From NCBI GenBank assembly GCA_963764625.1, contig CAVXTH010000009.1, forward strand, positions 1 through 64,000: a DNA stretch of 64,000 nucleotides. Direction: 5' to 3'. A model generated the notes under the pieces. The model was not told the origin of the DNA. It was given only the letters and a program-made list of their open reading frames with translations, and made no database searches. Made by a program: the position numbers and the translations under genes. Of this stretch, positions 27,668 through 38,346 are shown piece after piece (positions within the stretch are counted from its first letter, which is position 1; every line of letters starts with the position of its first letter). Source of the DNA: Candidatus Krumholzibacteriota bacterium (GTDB taxonomy: Bacteria > Krumholzibacteriota > Krumholzibacteriia > JAJRXK01).

Positions 27668-30600
27668 ATGAGAAAGATTGGCATCGTTCCGCTATGCCTA
27701 CTCCTCGTTGCTTTCGGCGCAAGCTATGCCTTCGCCGCGGGTCATGAGAGTGGGACCGCGTCCACGAATCACCACGAGATCTTGAAGTATGCGAACAACC
27801 ACGATGGGAGGCAGATCTCTCAGATCTACTCAGGCACAGCGGATGGCTCGAGCAAGGCTGCGACCGACACCTTCTATCTCTACGGAGGTCCTCCCAACTA
27901 CCCAGAAGGGACTTTTGAGGGAAGCGGTAAAGCTCCGGGGGACGTGTACGGTTGGAGTACTATAGATCTAACCAACCCGAGTATGTACTGGCATGGTTCG
28001 ACCATCTACGGTGATGCCAGCTCTAGTCCGGCTGACGAGCTTTTTTCCGATTCCGGAACCGGGCATCCAAACAAGTGTGTCATCTCGCACCACGAAGGCA
28101 GACAATGCAGCCGACTATACCGGATATGGCAACAACTGGGATGACTCAGTTGGTTTTCACTCTCTCAGTTAAAACCCAGCCGACGCTGCAAGCGTGCCGA
28201 GCACCGTTCCGATTCACCACAGAGTACAAGTACGATCTGGAGGCCGGTGCACGACTTCCTGAGCTTTCGACTACAAAACGACCAGTGGATGGAATGCCCC
28301 TCTGCACGTTCAGCGTCGACGACCTCGACTCGTACGACGGAGTATGCAGTACAGGGCTCGGTACTTCGACTCGAGTGATCCCGTGCACAAGGCGGCATCA
28401 TTGGTGGGATCACCTACGCGAACGACAGACTACCTAGGAGCTGGCCACGATGAAATTGTTGTTGCGTATCAGGGTCACTTCCGACAGTAGCTGGTCGGAT
28501 GAAGATGGTCGCCCCTCCGCGGGGCGCGGCGGCGCTTTCATCGACAACATCAATGTGTACCTGAACGGCAACCTGATCAGCAACGCAGACTGGGAGGGCG
28601 CAACGATCGTCGACGAGCCCGAGGGTGACATCAGCGGCCTCAACAATGGTGCTGGGAGCTACAAGGCCGCCGGTGATATTTACGGCTGGGTACCGACCCC
28701 TGCCAGTTTCAATGGAGACTTCTGTAACATCATCTCCTCGTTTGTCGAAGGCGACCTTGATCCGTGCGCGGAGAACAACACGACAATGCTGTCGTTCATC
28801 AACGAGGGGCAAGGAGCGAACAACGATCCCCTCGGGCCTAGCAATGCCTCGGGAGTGCCGCCCGCGGTGGGAAGCACCACCTACGGCATCCCGAGTGGCA
28901 ATGTGTTCGAGTATCAGGGAGGGCTGCTGCCTGCGGGTGAGGGGGGCGTGTACAACAAGTGGATTAGCCCCGCCATCGCAGTGGACCAGGGGTTTGCTGC
29001 CACCAACGGCGGTTTTGCCATGGGCTTTTCCGACTGGACTGACCTTCCGCTCTCGAACTATATCTTCTGGCGCTGGAGCGTCCGCAGTCATGATCCGCTA
29101 GCCGGTGCCTGGACCCCTTGGCGGGATTCCCCGTACCACTACTACGGGGCGTCCCACTCATGGGGTAATCCCGTGATCGACATCATCTGACAAGAGTCAT
29201 AAGTGGTGCGGACTCGTGCAGATCGGCCTCATGGGTCGCGACGCGGCAGTCGCGTTTACCGGGTCGCCCAGCATGGACGCGACCCCTGCGCCGGAGTTCG
29301 ACAACATCTATGTGAAGAGATTCGACATTGGAGGACCCGTAATCACGGTTCCCACCAATGACCTGTTCAACGACGCATTTCCTCCGGATGGTACCTTGAC
29401 CTCCGCAGTGCGCTTCGATCCCGCCGGTAACATCGGGGGCATCGGGATGGCGAATGCTGCTTACTTTCCGACAGGATTCCCTTGCAGTGACCGCAAGAGC
29501 GATCATTCCGGGAACCAGTCTGGTCGATTTTGGCACCATGCACGTAGCTCAATTGGAGAACCCTGCCTTCGGCTCTAGCGTTCGCAGTGCCGGGAAGACG
29601 CTCGTGGGAGCATCCGCGGCAGTTCCAGCGGTGGATGCCGCGCACGCGGGATGGGCGTGTTCGACCTTCGATGTTGCGGGTCAGCAGAGTACCGCGAACA
29701 GCCTACCAGTGGCTGATACCTACTTCTTCGATCTACCCGATGGCCCCGGCTACGGTCTGTACGGGCACGCCGATGAAGATGCGCTCGATTTTCCCAGGGG
29801 ATGTCGTGCACTACTACCTCGAGTTCACTGACGACCAGGTGACTCCGGGTGACAGTCGGACCGTGGCCGACATTAGTGACTTCTTGAATTTCAGTCGCAC
29901 CACTTGGTGGCCGCGCTCGTGGACCATGCGGGCTCTACCCACGATGTTTGATGCAATGACCGGCGAACAACCTCTGGCACTTTGGTGGAATGACTCCGGG
30001 CACCGTGGCCAAGAACAAGAGATGCTTCTGGCCTTCGCGCAGAACGGGATGCTGGAAGGCAGAAACTTCGATACCTACACTACGACAGGCGCGTCTTCAG
30101 GTCTGGGGAATGGTCTGGGTTCTGCGGGTGAGCACGGGGCAACCGCACTCCAGCTCGCCGGTTACGACTGTTTGTTCTACACCTTGGGGAATCTCGCCGA
30201 ACCCGCTCTGAGCAATGGCAACAAGGGAGTCGACGGCAACGACTGGAGCGATGACATCAGCGTAATGACGGATTGGCATAACCAAGATGCTGACCGGTTC
30301 TCGGCCTACTTCGGAGAGAACTTCGCGCAGGCGATGATGAATCAGCAAAACTCGGCGTTTCTCTCGAACATCCTGGGGGTTGACTTCGTCATCGGCGACA
30401 TGAATGCCAGCCACGGTTTGGATGATCAGGTGACTCCCCTGGTAAAGCCGACCGGGCTCAGCTCCCTACTTCGTGACCAATTACAGCCCCTATGGAAATT
30501 GTCCAGGGATCAATGACTGGGACATGCTCGCTCTCTATCGCTGTCACCAATGCCGTGGTGGCTCACGCGTTCACGCAGCCGGACGGCGCGTTCTACCCCA

Positions 30601-31092
30601 CGACGCACCTTGGGAGCATCTACTGGGATCGTCTCGAAAGCAGGCTTTCGGAAAGTGGATATCACGTTCCCGTATGATTTCAGTCTCATCCGCGACGAAT
30701 ACACGAATCCCGAGTCGACGGGTCCAATTACGGCTCGATCCTACCTCTTGGGTGAAATCCTCGCGTCGTTTGGTAAGGTGGGTGGACCGTCGACTGGCGC
30801 CAACAAGCTCCCTCAGAAGCTGGTGGTTAGCCAGAATTACCCGAATCCCTTCAACCCGAGTACGACCATCAAGTATGCGATGCCTCTCCGCGAACAGGTC
30901 AGCATCAAGGTCTACAACTTGCACGGGGCAATGGTCACGACTCTGCTCGACGGTATCCAGGATGCCGGCGATCACAGTGTGATCTGGAACGGTAAGGATA
31001 GACTCGGCTCTACGGTGTCCACCGGTGTTTACCTGTACAAGGTGAGAACCCGGGATTCGGAAGTCGTCAAGAAGATGGCTCTGATCAAGTGA
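27668..31092 (+). CDS. Giant secreted protein with C-terminal FlgD-Ig/CTD-like domain; heavily frameshifted (assembly error or pseudogene)
   Basis: Signal peptide MRKIGIVPLCLLLVAFGASYAFA. Coherent pieces (DTFYLYGG, GYGNNWDD, SDSSWSDEDG, PGDVVHYY, SSGLGNGLG) alternate between frames. Ends NYPNPFNP..TGVYLY..KMALIK. Confidence 0.7.
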
Positions 31093-31195
31093 TCGGACCG
31101 TCTTCGATTTAGTGGATCGGGCAGGACGGAGATTGGACGAAGAGGCGGACGTTTGCGATAGCCCGTGAGGGCAGAGGTCTGCTATAGTCTCGCCC

Positions 31196-32575
31196 ATGAG
31201 TACGCACCACACTCTCCGCTCAACCTTCCTGTACACGGTGGCATTGCTCGCCGCCTGCGTTTTCGCGCCGGTCAGTAGCTCGGCGGCCTCCTCCAAGGCG
31301 ACCCTCGAGCCACCGGCCGGACCGCTTCCCTTCATCCAGGACGACTACGCCAAGGCTCTGGCTCTCTCGCGTACGCAGAAAGCCCCCTTGTTCGTGGAGT
31401 TCTGGGCTCCGTGGTGACACACCTGTCGCTCCATGAGGGCCTTCGTCTTCACCGACGAATCCCTCGAGCGGCACGCCGGACAGTTCGTCTGGCTCGAGAT
31501 CAACACGGAAAAGGCTGAGAACGCGCCTGTCCTGCAGCAATTCCCGGTGCCAGGGTTACCAACCTACTTCATCGTCGATCCCCGCGACGAAAGCGTACTA
31601 CTGCGCTGGGTGGGCGGGGCCAAGGTGGAACAACTCCACACGATGTTGGACCACGCCCTCGCCTCCTACGAGGGACACCAACCCACCGCACCGGCGGACG
31701 AAGCCCTGGCACGAGCCGACAAGCTCTACGGGGAAGGGAAGAACGCCGAGGCGGCGGTGGCCTATCGCCAGGCGCTGGGCGCCGCGCCGGCCGAGTGGGC
31801 TTCCTACTCCCGCGCGGTGGAGTCGCTCATCTTCGCGCTCTACGCGACCAATCAATACGCGGAGGCCGCCCGGCTCTCGCTCGAGGCCTATCCCGAGGTG
31901 CGCAAGAGCGTCTCGGCGGCCAACGTGGCGGCGATGGGACTCGACTGCGCGATGAGCATGGCGAAGGACGATTCGGCGCGGGCCTGGCTGATCGACTCTC
32001 TCTCCAAGAATGCCGAGCAGGTCGCGGGTGATGCCACGGTTCCGGTGGCGGCCGACGACCGTTCGGCCGTGTTCATCTCTTTGTTGGATGCTCGCGAAGA
32101 CGCTGACGATACGGCGGGAGCCAAAAAGATCGCCCAGCGCTGGGCCACTTTCCTGGAAGGGGAAGCGGCGAAGGCAACCACGCCGGATGCCCGTGCGGTC
32201 TTCGACTCGCATCGCCTGAGTGCCTATCTCGAGTTGGGCGAGCCGGAACGCGCCGTTCCCATGCTGAAGGCCTCCGAGCGCGATCTGCCCGACGACTACA
32301 ATCCGCCCGCGCGCCTGGCCATCGTGTACCAGCGGATGGGGAAGTGGAAAGAAGCGCTCGCGGCATCCGACCGGGCCCTCGCGAAAGCGTATGGCCCACG
32401 GAGGTTGGGATACCTGAGGACACGAGCCTCCATCTACGTCGACATGGGCGACACGGTCAAAGCACGGGCCACCCTGGACGGTGCATTGAAAGAGGCCGAG
32501 GCCCTGCCCGAGGGGCAGCGCTCGGAGCGGCGCATCGAGCAGCTCAAGAAGTCGTTGGCCAAGCTTCAGGACTAG
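31196..32575 (+). CDS. Exported thioredoxin-fold plus TPR-like candidate selenoprotein with UxxC active site (in-frame TGA at 31415-31417)
   Basis: ORFs 31196-31417 and 31433-32575 share a frame: TGG GCT CCG TGG TGA CAC ACC TGT CGC TCC ATG = WAPW-U-HTCRSM. Cis-Pro motif GLPTYF, helical repeat C-terminus and signal peptide. Confidence 0.85.
31424..31473 (+). promoter_or_regulatory. Candidate SECIS-like long hairpin
   Basis: TGTCGCTC-cat-GAGGG-cc-TTCGTC-[TTCACC]-GACGAA-t-CCCTC-GAGCGGCA, beginning 6 nt after the TGA. Confidence 0.55.
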
Positions 32576-32661
32576 ACGCCGGGAGCTCGAAAACTCTGCC
32601 GGGTTGAACTAGCTTGTGGTTGTCCCCCCTCGGAACGGCACTCCACCGGAAGGATCAAACC

Positions 32662-33483
32662 ATGGCGGATCGACACGCGGGCGCTGGCAGTGATGCCGGC
32701 CTCATCATGGCCTATGAGGACAGTGCGGACCGGGTGCCCGTCCTCTGGATCCACGGCTACCCTCTCAACAGCACGATGTGGGATATCCAGATAACCGATC
32801 TGGCCGACGTGGCGCGCTCGATCGCCCCCGACCTGAGGGGACACGGCATGACCGAGCCCACGTCGACGACGCCCTACACCATGGGCTTGTTGGCGGACGA
32901 TTGCCTTCGCCTGCTAGACCACTTGGATGCCGACGGTCCAGTAGTCGTGGCCGGGCTGTCGATGGGCGGCTACGTGGCCCTGGAACTCTGCCGCCGCGCA
33001 CCCGAGCGCGTCTTGGGGCTCATTCTGGCTTCCACCAAGGCGACGCCCGATTCGGATGCAGCGAAGAAGGCACGGGATGAGTCCGCGCGCGTCGCTGCCA
33101 CCGAAGGCATCGAAGCAATCGTCGAGGGTCTCTTGCCGAAGCTGATGGCTCCTCGAACCTATAAGAAGGATCACGAACTCGTAGAGTTCGTGAGGGGAAT
33201 CATGCTGGACACCACGCCCGAGGGAATGGTCGGAGCGTTGGCGGCCATGCGCGACCGTCCCGATTCCACTCCCGACCTGTCCGACCTGGCGATGCCTGCC
33301 CTTGTCATCCACGGCGAAGACGATCAGTTGATTCCCACCTCCGAGGCGAAAGCCATGGTACTCGCTCTCCCCACCGCGGAACTCGTTCTGGTTCCCGATG
33401 CCGGGCATATGGTGAACCTCGAGCAACCGGAGGTCTTCGATGAGGCGGTGCGCGACTTCCTCGAGTCGTTCTACGAGGAGTGA
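32662..33483 (+). CDS. Alpha/beta hydrolase (enol-lactonase/esterase-like)
   Basis: IHGYP, PDLRGHG, GLSMGG nucleophile elbow, GEDD and AGHMVNLEQP. Confidence 0.9.
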   Translation: MADRHAGAGSDAGLIMAYEDSADRVPVLWIHGYPLNSTMWDIQITDLADVARSIAPDLRGHGMTEPTSTTPYTMGLLADDCLRLLDHLDADGPVVVAGLSMGGYVALELCRRAPERVLGLILASTKATPDSDAAKKARDESARVAATEGIEAIVEGLLPKLMAPRTYKKDHELVEFVRGIMLDTTPEGMVGALAAMRDRPDSTPDLSDLAMPALVIHGEDDQLIPTSEAKAMVLALPTAELVLVPDAGHMVNLEQPEVFDEAVRDFLESFYEE

Positions 33484-33525
33484 GTTTCTTGGGTGAGGGT
33501 CCATCGAGGAATGGAGCGAGGTGAC

Positions 33526-34936
33526 ATGGGTGAAAAGGTGACAGGAGATCTCGATGCGACCCTGCAGGCGGCCCGCGATCTCCTGCAGGATGCGGTAGTG
33601 ACGTACCGGGGTCGTCCGGTGGGGACGAAGGCAGCGTGCAATCCACGCTTCGAGGCCGCGTTCAATTACAGCGAGTGCTTCGTTCGGGACTTCGTCTCCG
33701 TCGCGCTGGTGTACTTGGCTGACGGCAAGCCGGAGATCGTCCGCAACTTCCTTCAGGCTGTCAACGAGGTGTGCTCGCGGGGCGAACGGATGACGGGACA
33801 GGACCTTCACCCCGGCGTGATGCTGGCGAGCTTCCGCGTGGAAAATGAGGACGGAGAAGAACGCCTCAGGGCCGACTTCGGAAATCGTGCCATCGGTCGC
33901 GTAGCTCCGGTCGATTCGATGATGTGGTGGGCGATTCTCCTGCTGATCTATGAGCGTGCCACCGGCGACACCGGCCTGGCCAAGACGACCTGAGTTTCAA
34001 CGACGGCTCGAACTCAGCCTCGACTTGTGTCTGAAGGCATCCTTCGAGGTCTTCCCCACTTTGCTCGTTCCTGATGGATGCTGCATGATCGATCGCCGGA
34101 TGGGCGTCTACGGACATCCCCTGGAGATCCAGGCCCTGTTCGGCGCGCTTCTGGACGTCGGACTCGCGCTACTGGTGCCGACCGACAGCAACCAGTCGCT
34201 CCTGGAACGCGCGGCGCAGCGACAGAAGGTGTTGAAGTCGTACGTCCGGGAGTGGTACTGGCTGGATCGGTCGCGCTTGACGGAAATCCGCCGCTTCAAA
34301 ACCGAGGAGTTTGGTTCCACGAGCGTCAACGCACTGAACATCCATCCGGATTCCATGCCCGAGTGGGTGTCCGATTGGCTGCCCGAAGAATGCGGCTTCA
34401 TGGTCGGCAATCTGGGACCCGGACGCATCGACTTCCGGTTCTTTGCCCTGGGTAATCTGCTGGCAGTGTTGTTCGCTTTGGCGAAAGACGATCATGCCAC
34501 GAATCTGTTTCGGCTCTACGACCAACGCTGGGAGGATCTCGTGGGCGACGCGCCGCTGCGGATCACCTATCCGGCGGTCGAAGACGACGAGTGGCGCGTG
34601 CTGACCGGGAGCGATCCCAAGAACACGCCGTGGAGCTATCACAACGGAGGCAGCTGGCCGGTACTTCTGTGGCCCTTCGTGGCCGCGGCTCTCCGTGCGG
34701 GCCGTCGCGATCTGGCGCAGCGCGCCTTCGATCAGGTCGCCGCGCGCTGCGCATCCGAAGACTGGCCCGAGTACTACGACGGGCATCGGGGGCGCCTCGT
34801 CGGTCGCTACGCCAACCTACGCCAGGTGTGGACAGCCTCGGGCCTGCTCGCCAGCCATCAATTGCTCCACCGTCCCGAAATCTTGGACTGGCTGCAGGTG
34901 CATACCGCGGCGCGCCGGGGCTCCGATAAGACCTAA
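33526..34936 (+). CDS. GH100 alkaline/neutral invertase; one frameshift near 33985
   Basis: NYSECFVRDF and ADFGNRAIGRVAPVDSMMWW in one frame; DGCCMIDRRMGVYGHPLEIQALF, GSDPKNTPWSYHNGGSWP and WPEYYDG in the +1 frame. Confidence 0.9.
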
Positions 34937-34978
34937 GCTACTGTCATTGAGGGCGTTATCTGGTTTGATCTCTCCCGT

Positions 34979-35007
34979 TTGACATACATAGAACTACAAT
35001 GTATAAT
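34979..35007 (+). promoter_or_regulatory. Consensus sigma70 promoter of the PadR gene with an overlapping palindromic operator
   Basis: TTGACA (34979-34984), 17-nt spacer, TATAAT (35002-35007). Inverted repeat ATACAT-N9-ATGTAT at 34984-35004. Confidence 0.85.
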
Positions 35008-35031
35008 GCTCCTAGGTAAGGGGGCATCACC

Positions 35032-35385
35032 GTGGATATAGGAAAGGACCTCGTCGCCGCCTCGGCGACACCGCTCGTGCTGGCCATTCTCAGCGAGGGG
35101 GAGAGCTACGGCTACGCCATCCTCAAGCGGGTCGGCGAGCTGTCGCGCGGAGAACTCGAGTGGACGGATGGCATGCTCTATCCCCTGCTGCATCGCCTCG
35201 AGCGCAAGGGCTACGTCAAGGCGGTTTGGGGTCAATCGGAGACGGGCCGGCGGCGCAAGTACTACCGCCTGACCGATGCGGGCGCCGAAGAGCTCGCCAG
35301 CCAACGCCGTCAGTGGCAAGTGGTCGATTCCGCGCTGCGGGACCTCTGGTTCACCATGGCCGGCACGGCGCCGCAGCCGGGTTGA
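35032..35385 (+). CDS. PadR family transcriptional regulator
   Basis: ESYGYAI, GMLYPLLHRLE and RRRKYYRLT winged-helix motifs. Confidence 0.92.
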   Translation: MDIGKDLVAASATPLVLAILSEGESYGYAILKRVGELSRGELEWTDGMLYPLLHRLERKGYVKAVWGQSETGRRRKYYRLTDAGAEELASQRRQWQVVDSALRDLWFTMAGTAPQPG

Positions 35386-35412
35386 CGTACCTCGAACACG
35401 GAGACACGTGGA

Positions 35413-36780
35413 GTGAAGAACAACGGGTCGCTGGAAGAGCGCATTGGGGAATGGCGCAACTACCTTCGGAGGCGGCAGGCAATGCATGCCGTCGACCTCG
35501 AGGAGCTGGAGGATCATCTCCGGAGTCAGGTCGAAGCCCTGAGCCAGGCGGGACTGGACGAAGACGAAGCTTTCCTCGTCGCCGTCAAACGTCTGGGAGA
35601 CCTGGATTCGCTGTCGCGCGAATTCGCGCGCGAGTATTCCGAACGCCTCTGGAAGCAACTCGTGCTTTCACCAGAAGATAGTGCCGCTGCAACGGCCGCC
35701 TCAAGGGAAGCCATTGTCGCGGTTCTGCTGGCGATCACGGCCAGCATCGCCATCAAACTCCCCGAGCTCTTTGGGCTGCACTTCGGGGGACCGCACGCGG
35801 CCGAGTCGTTCTACCTGCGCAATCTCAGCTTTTTCGTCTTGCCCTTCCTCGCGGGATATTTCGCCTGGAAGCGGGAACTCGAACCCTCGCACTGGCTCTG
35901 GCTGAGCGCGCCGTTCTTGGCGGCGGGAGTGGTCATGAACGCAATGCCCTTCCACGCTCACGGGCACACCGAGGGACTGGCTGCCTTACATCTTCCCATT
36001 GCCCTCTGGCTGACGGTTGGATTCGCCTACGTCGGGGGACAGTGGCGCGGTCACGAGCCGCGCATGAACTACGTGCGCTTTTCCGGCGAGTGGTTCATTT
36101 ACTTCACCCTGATTGCCCTGGGTGGAGGAGTGTTGATGGGGTTCACCGCCTTCCTCTTTCGGGCCATCGGACTGCAGCCGGGGATCTTACTCAGTGACTG
36201 GATTCTTCCCTGCGGCGCCGTCGGCGGGGTTCTCGTGGCCGCCTGGCTCGTGGAGTGTAAGCAGAGCGTCATCGAAAACATGGCGCCGGTGCTCACACGC
36301 CTGTTCACGCCGCTGTTTGCCGTCATGCTCCTGTTCTTCGTGGGAACCATGGTCGTCACCGGCAACGCGATCGATGTGGGGCGTGAAGTTCTCATCGGCT
36401 TCGACCTGCTTCTGGTGCTGGTGCTGGGCTTGTTACTCTATTCGATCTCGGCCCGCGATCCGATGGCCCCCGCCGGTCTCTTCGATCGACTTCGCCTCGT
36501 ACTGGTTTTGTGCGCGCTTCTGGTCGACGCGTTGGCGCTGTGGGCCATCGCCGCGCGCATCGCGGAGTTCGGCTTCAGTCCCAACAAGGTGGCCGCGCTG
36601 GGAGAGAACCTCATTCTCCTGGTCAACCTAGGCTGGTCGGCCGTGCTCTACGCCCGGTTCTTGGCAAAGCGCGCCTCGTTCGCGCCTCTCGAGCGCTGGC
36701 AGACGCGGTACATCCCGGTGTATTTGATCTGGGCCTGGGTGGTGGTCGTGGCTTTCCCGCTCGTGTTCAAGTTTCAGTAG
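35413..36780 (+). CDS. Polytopic membrane protein with N-terminal permease-prefix domain (typical PadR partner)
   Basis: ELEDHLR..GLDEDEAFLVAVKRLG prefix followed by many TM helices; GFSPNKVAALGEN. Confidence 0.85.
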   Translation: MKNNGSLEERIGEWRNYLRRRQAMHAVDLEELEDHLRSQVEALSQAGLDEDEAFLVAVKRLGDLDSLSREFAREYSERLWKQLVLSPEDSAAATAASREAIVAVLLAITASIAIKLPELFGLHFGGPHAAESFYLRNLSFFVLPFLAGYFAWKRELEPSHWLWLSAPFLAAGVVMNAMPFHAHGHTEGLAALHLPIALWLTVGFAYVGGQWRGHEPRMNYVRFSGEWFIYFTLIALGGGVLMGFTAFLFRAIGLQPGILLSDWILPCGAVGGVLVAAWLVECKQSVIENMAPVLTRLFTPLFAVMLLFFVGTMVVTGNAIDVGREVLIGFDLLLVLVLGLLLYSISARDPMAPAGLFDRLRLVLVLCALLVDALALWAIAARIAEFGFSPNKVAALGENLILLVNLGWSAVLYARFLAKRASFAPLERWQTRYIPVYLIWAWVVVVAFPLVFKFQ

Positions 36781-36813
36781 GTTCCGGCGCCACGGCCGTG
36801 CCAAGCTGAAGCA

Positions 36814-38346
36814 TCATTGCCGGGCAGGTTCGGAGAAGACCTCCGCCTGAAACACCGACAATCTCGCGCCTTCGCGCCAGGCGTCGGCGGGTAAGCCGGC
36901 TTTACGGCTCAACGCGCTTAGCAGCTCGCTACGGTTCCACCCCTGCTCGGACGCCACTTGGGGCAGAAAGACCGCCGAGCGCCCGGACTTGCGCAGCACC
37001 ACTCCGTCACGGCCCAACACGATTTCGTCGGGACCGGCGACTTCGCGAGCGAGAGACAGCACGGAGATTTCGATTTCCACCTCGTCCAGTTCCCCTGCCC
37101 GCAGCGGTGGGAAGCGACGGTCGTTGAACGCCGCCTGCAACGCCATGGCGCCGACCACCTGCCCCAAGGGTTCATCCTCCGCCATGTGACCGATGCACCC
37201 GCGCAGTGCGCCGTGCTTGCGGAGGGTGACGAAGGCTCCCTGCTTACTCTTCAGAGCGGGGGAGTCCTCGCGGAACAAGGGCGTGGTCTCCGAGGCCAGG
37301 TACTGGGCGATGGTGTGGCGCGCGAACTTCAAGAGCGCGGCGCGATCGTCGTCGCTCAAGCGACCTTGGGGTGGGGGAGTCGGTGCCGGCGGAGCCAGAG
37401 CCGCGGTGTCGGACGGGCGATCTCCAGCGGTCAGAGTCACTGCCGCGTAACCGACACAGCGGTCGGCTTCACCCACCGCCGTGTCACCGCTGTTGGCGAG
37501 ACTGAGGACCGAGGCGCGCGTGGCGCCCAACAACCGGGCTGCCGTCATCACGACGATGATATCTCCCTCGCCACACGCACAGGTGGCCAAACCTGGGTGC
37601 CCCGCCTTCATCTCCTGGTGGATGGTCTTCTGCAGGGCGTTTGGATCGAGGCTCGCGATGGCCGAAACGACGGCGTGGTCACTGGCCATGGCGACCTCGT
37701 GAGGAGGGTAGTGGGAGAGGTCGCTACTGGCCACGAGAAGTGGATGGCGTCCGGCCAGTGCCTTCCCCAGGGCGTGACCGAACTTCCGCCATAAACCGTC
37801 ATCGGCGCCACCGACCACGACCGCCACGATGGGCACCTCGGGCAACACGACCTGGGCAAACGGCACCTGCACTTCCACCGAGTGTTCCTCGCGATCGGCC
37901 CGCTCTGCGTAGGCAAATCGCGGATCGGCCCGGCTCAACTCGGCCGCGAGGCTCTGCTCGCATCGCGCGACACCCAGTGGAGTTCGGTATCCCGGGCCGT
38001 CGTACACGGAGATGCCATCGAAGCCGGCGGCTCGGTGATTGATGCCCACGATGACGATCAGATCGTAGTTGCGGCCGGCCGCCTGTTTCCAAGCATCGGC
38101 CGCGATCTGTCCGGAGTAGAGGTAACCCGCGTGCGGGACGATCAGAGCCAGCGGAAGTTCCGGCCGAACCGGGACCGCGGCGTCGAGATACTCCCGAATG
38201 GCGACCCTCAGATGCGTGGGGTCTTCCGGATAGAACGAACCGGCCACGGCAGGCGGACGCGGTGTCTTCGTCGTCTTGGCCGATACGCCCGCCGCGACCG
38301 CGCAGAGCAAGAGACAGCAGAGGCATGCGACCGAGAGCTTGCGCAC
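36814..38346 (-). CDS. amrB: AmmeMemoRadiSam protein B (MEMO1) fused to protein A (AMMECR1), with N-terminal signal peptide
   Basis: RPPAVAGSFYP, PHAGYLYSG, EHSVEVQVPF, SSDLSHY and CG (MEMO); GAFVTL..LRGCIG, DRRF, EISVLS, FLPQVA and KAG (AMMECR1). Confidence 0.92.
   Translation of the reverse strand: MRKLSVACLCCLLLCAVAAGVSAKTTKTPRPPAVAGSFYPEDPTHLRVAIREYLDAAVPVRPELPLALIVPHAGYLYSGQIAADAWKQAAGRNYDLIVIVGINHRAAGFDGISVYDGPGYRTPLGVARCEQSLAAELSRADPRFAYAERADREEHSVEVQVPFAQVVLPEVPIVAVVVGGADDGLWRKFGHALGKALAGRHPLLVASSDLSHYPPHEVAMASDHAVVSAIASLDPNALQKTIHQEMKAGHPGLATCACGEGDIIVVMTAARLLGATRASVLSLANSGDTAVGEADRCVGYAAVTLTAGDRPSDTAALAPPAPTPPPQGRLSDDDRAALLKFARHTIAQYLASETTPLFREDSPALKSKQGAFVTLRKHGALRGCIGHMAEDEPLGQVVGAMALQAAFNDRRFPPLRAGELDEVEIEISVLSLAREVAGPDEIVLGRDGVVLRKSGRSAVFLPQVASEQGWNRSELLSALSRKAGLPADAWREGARLSVFQAEVFSEPARQ

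Noticed and set aside
33985-33996. TGA in the GH100 gene as another selenocysteine
   Set aside because: The conserved continuation (PEFQ..) is in a different frame, so this is an indel and not an in-frame stop.
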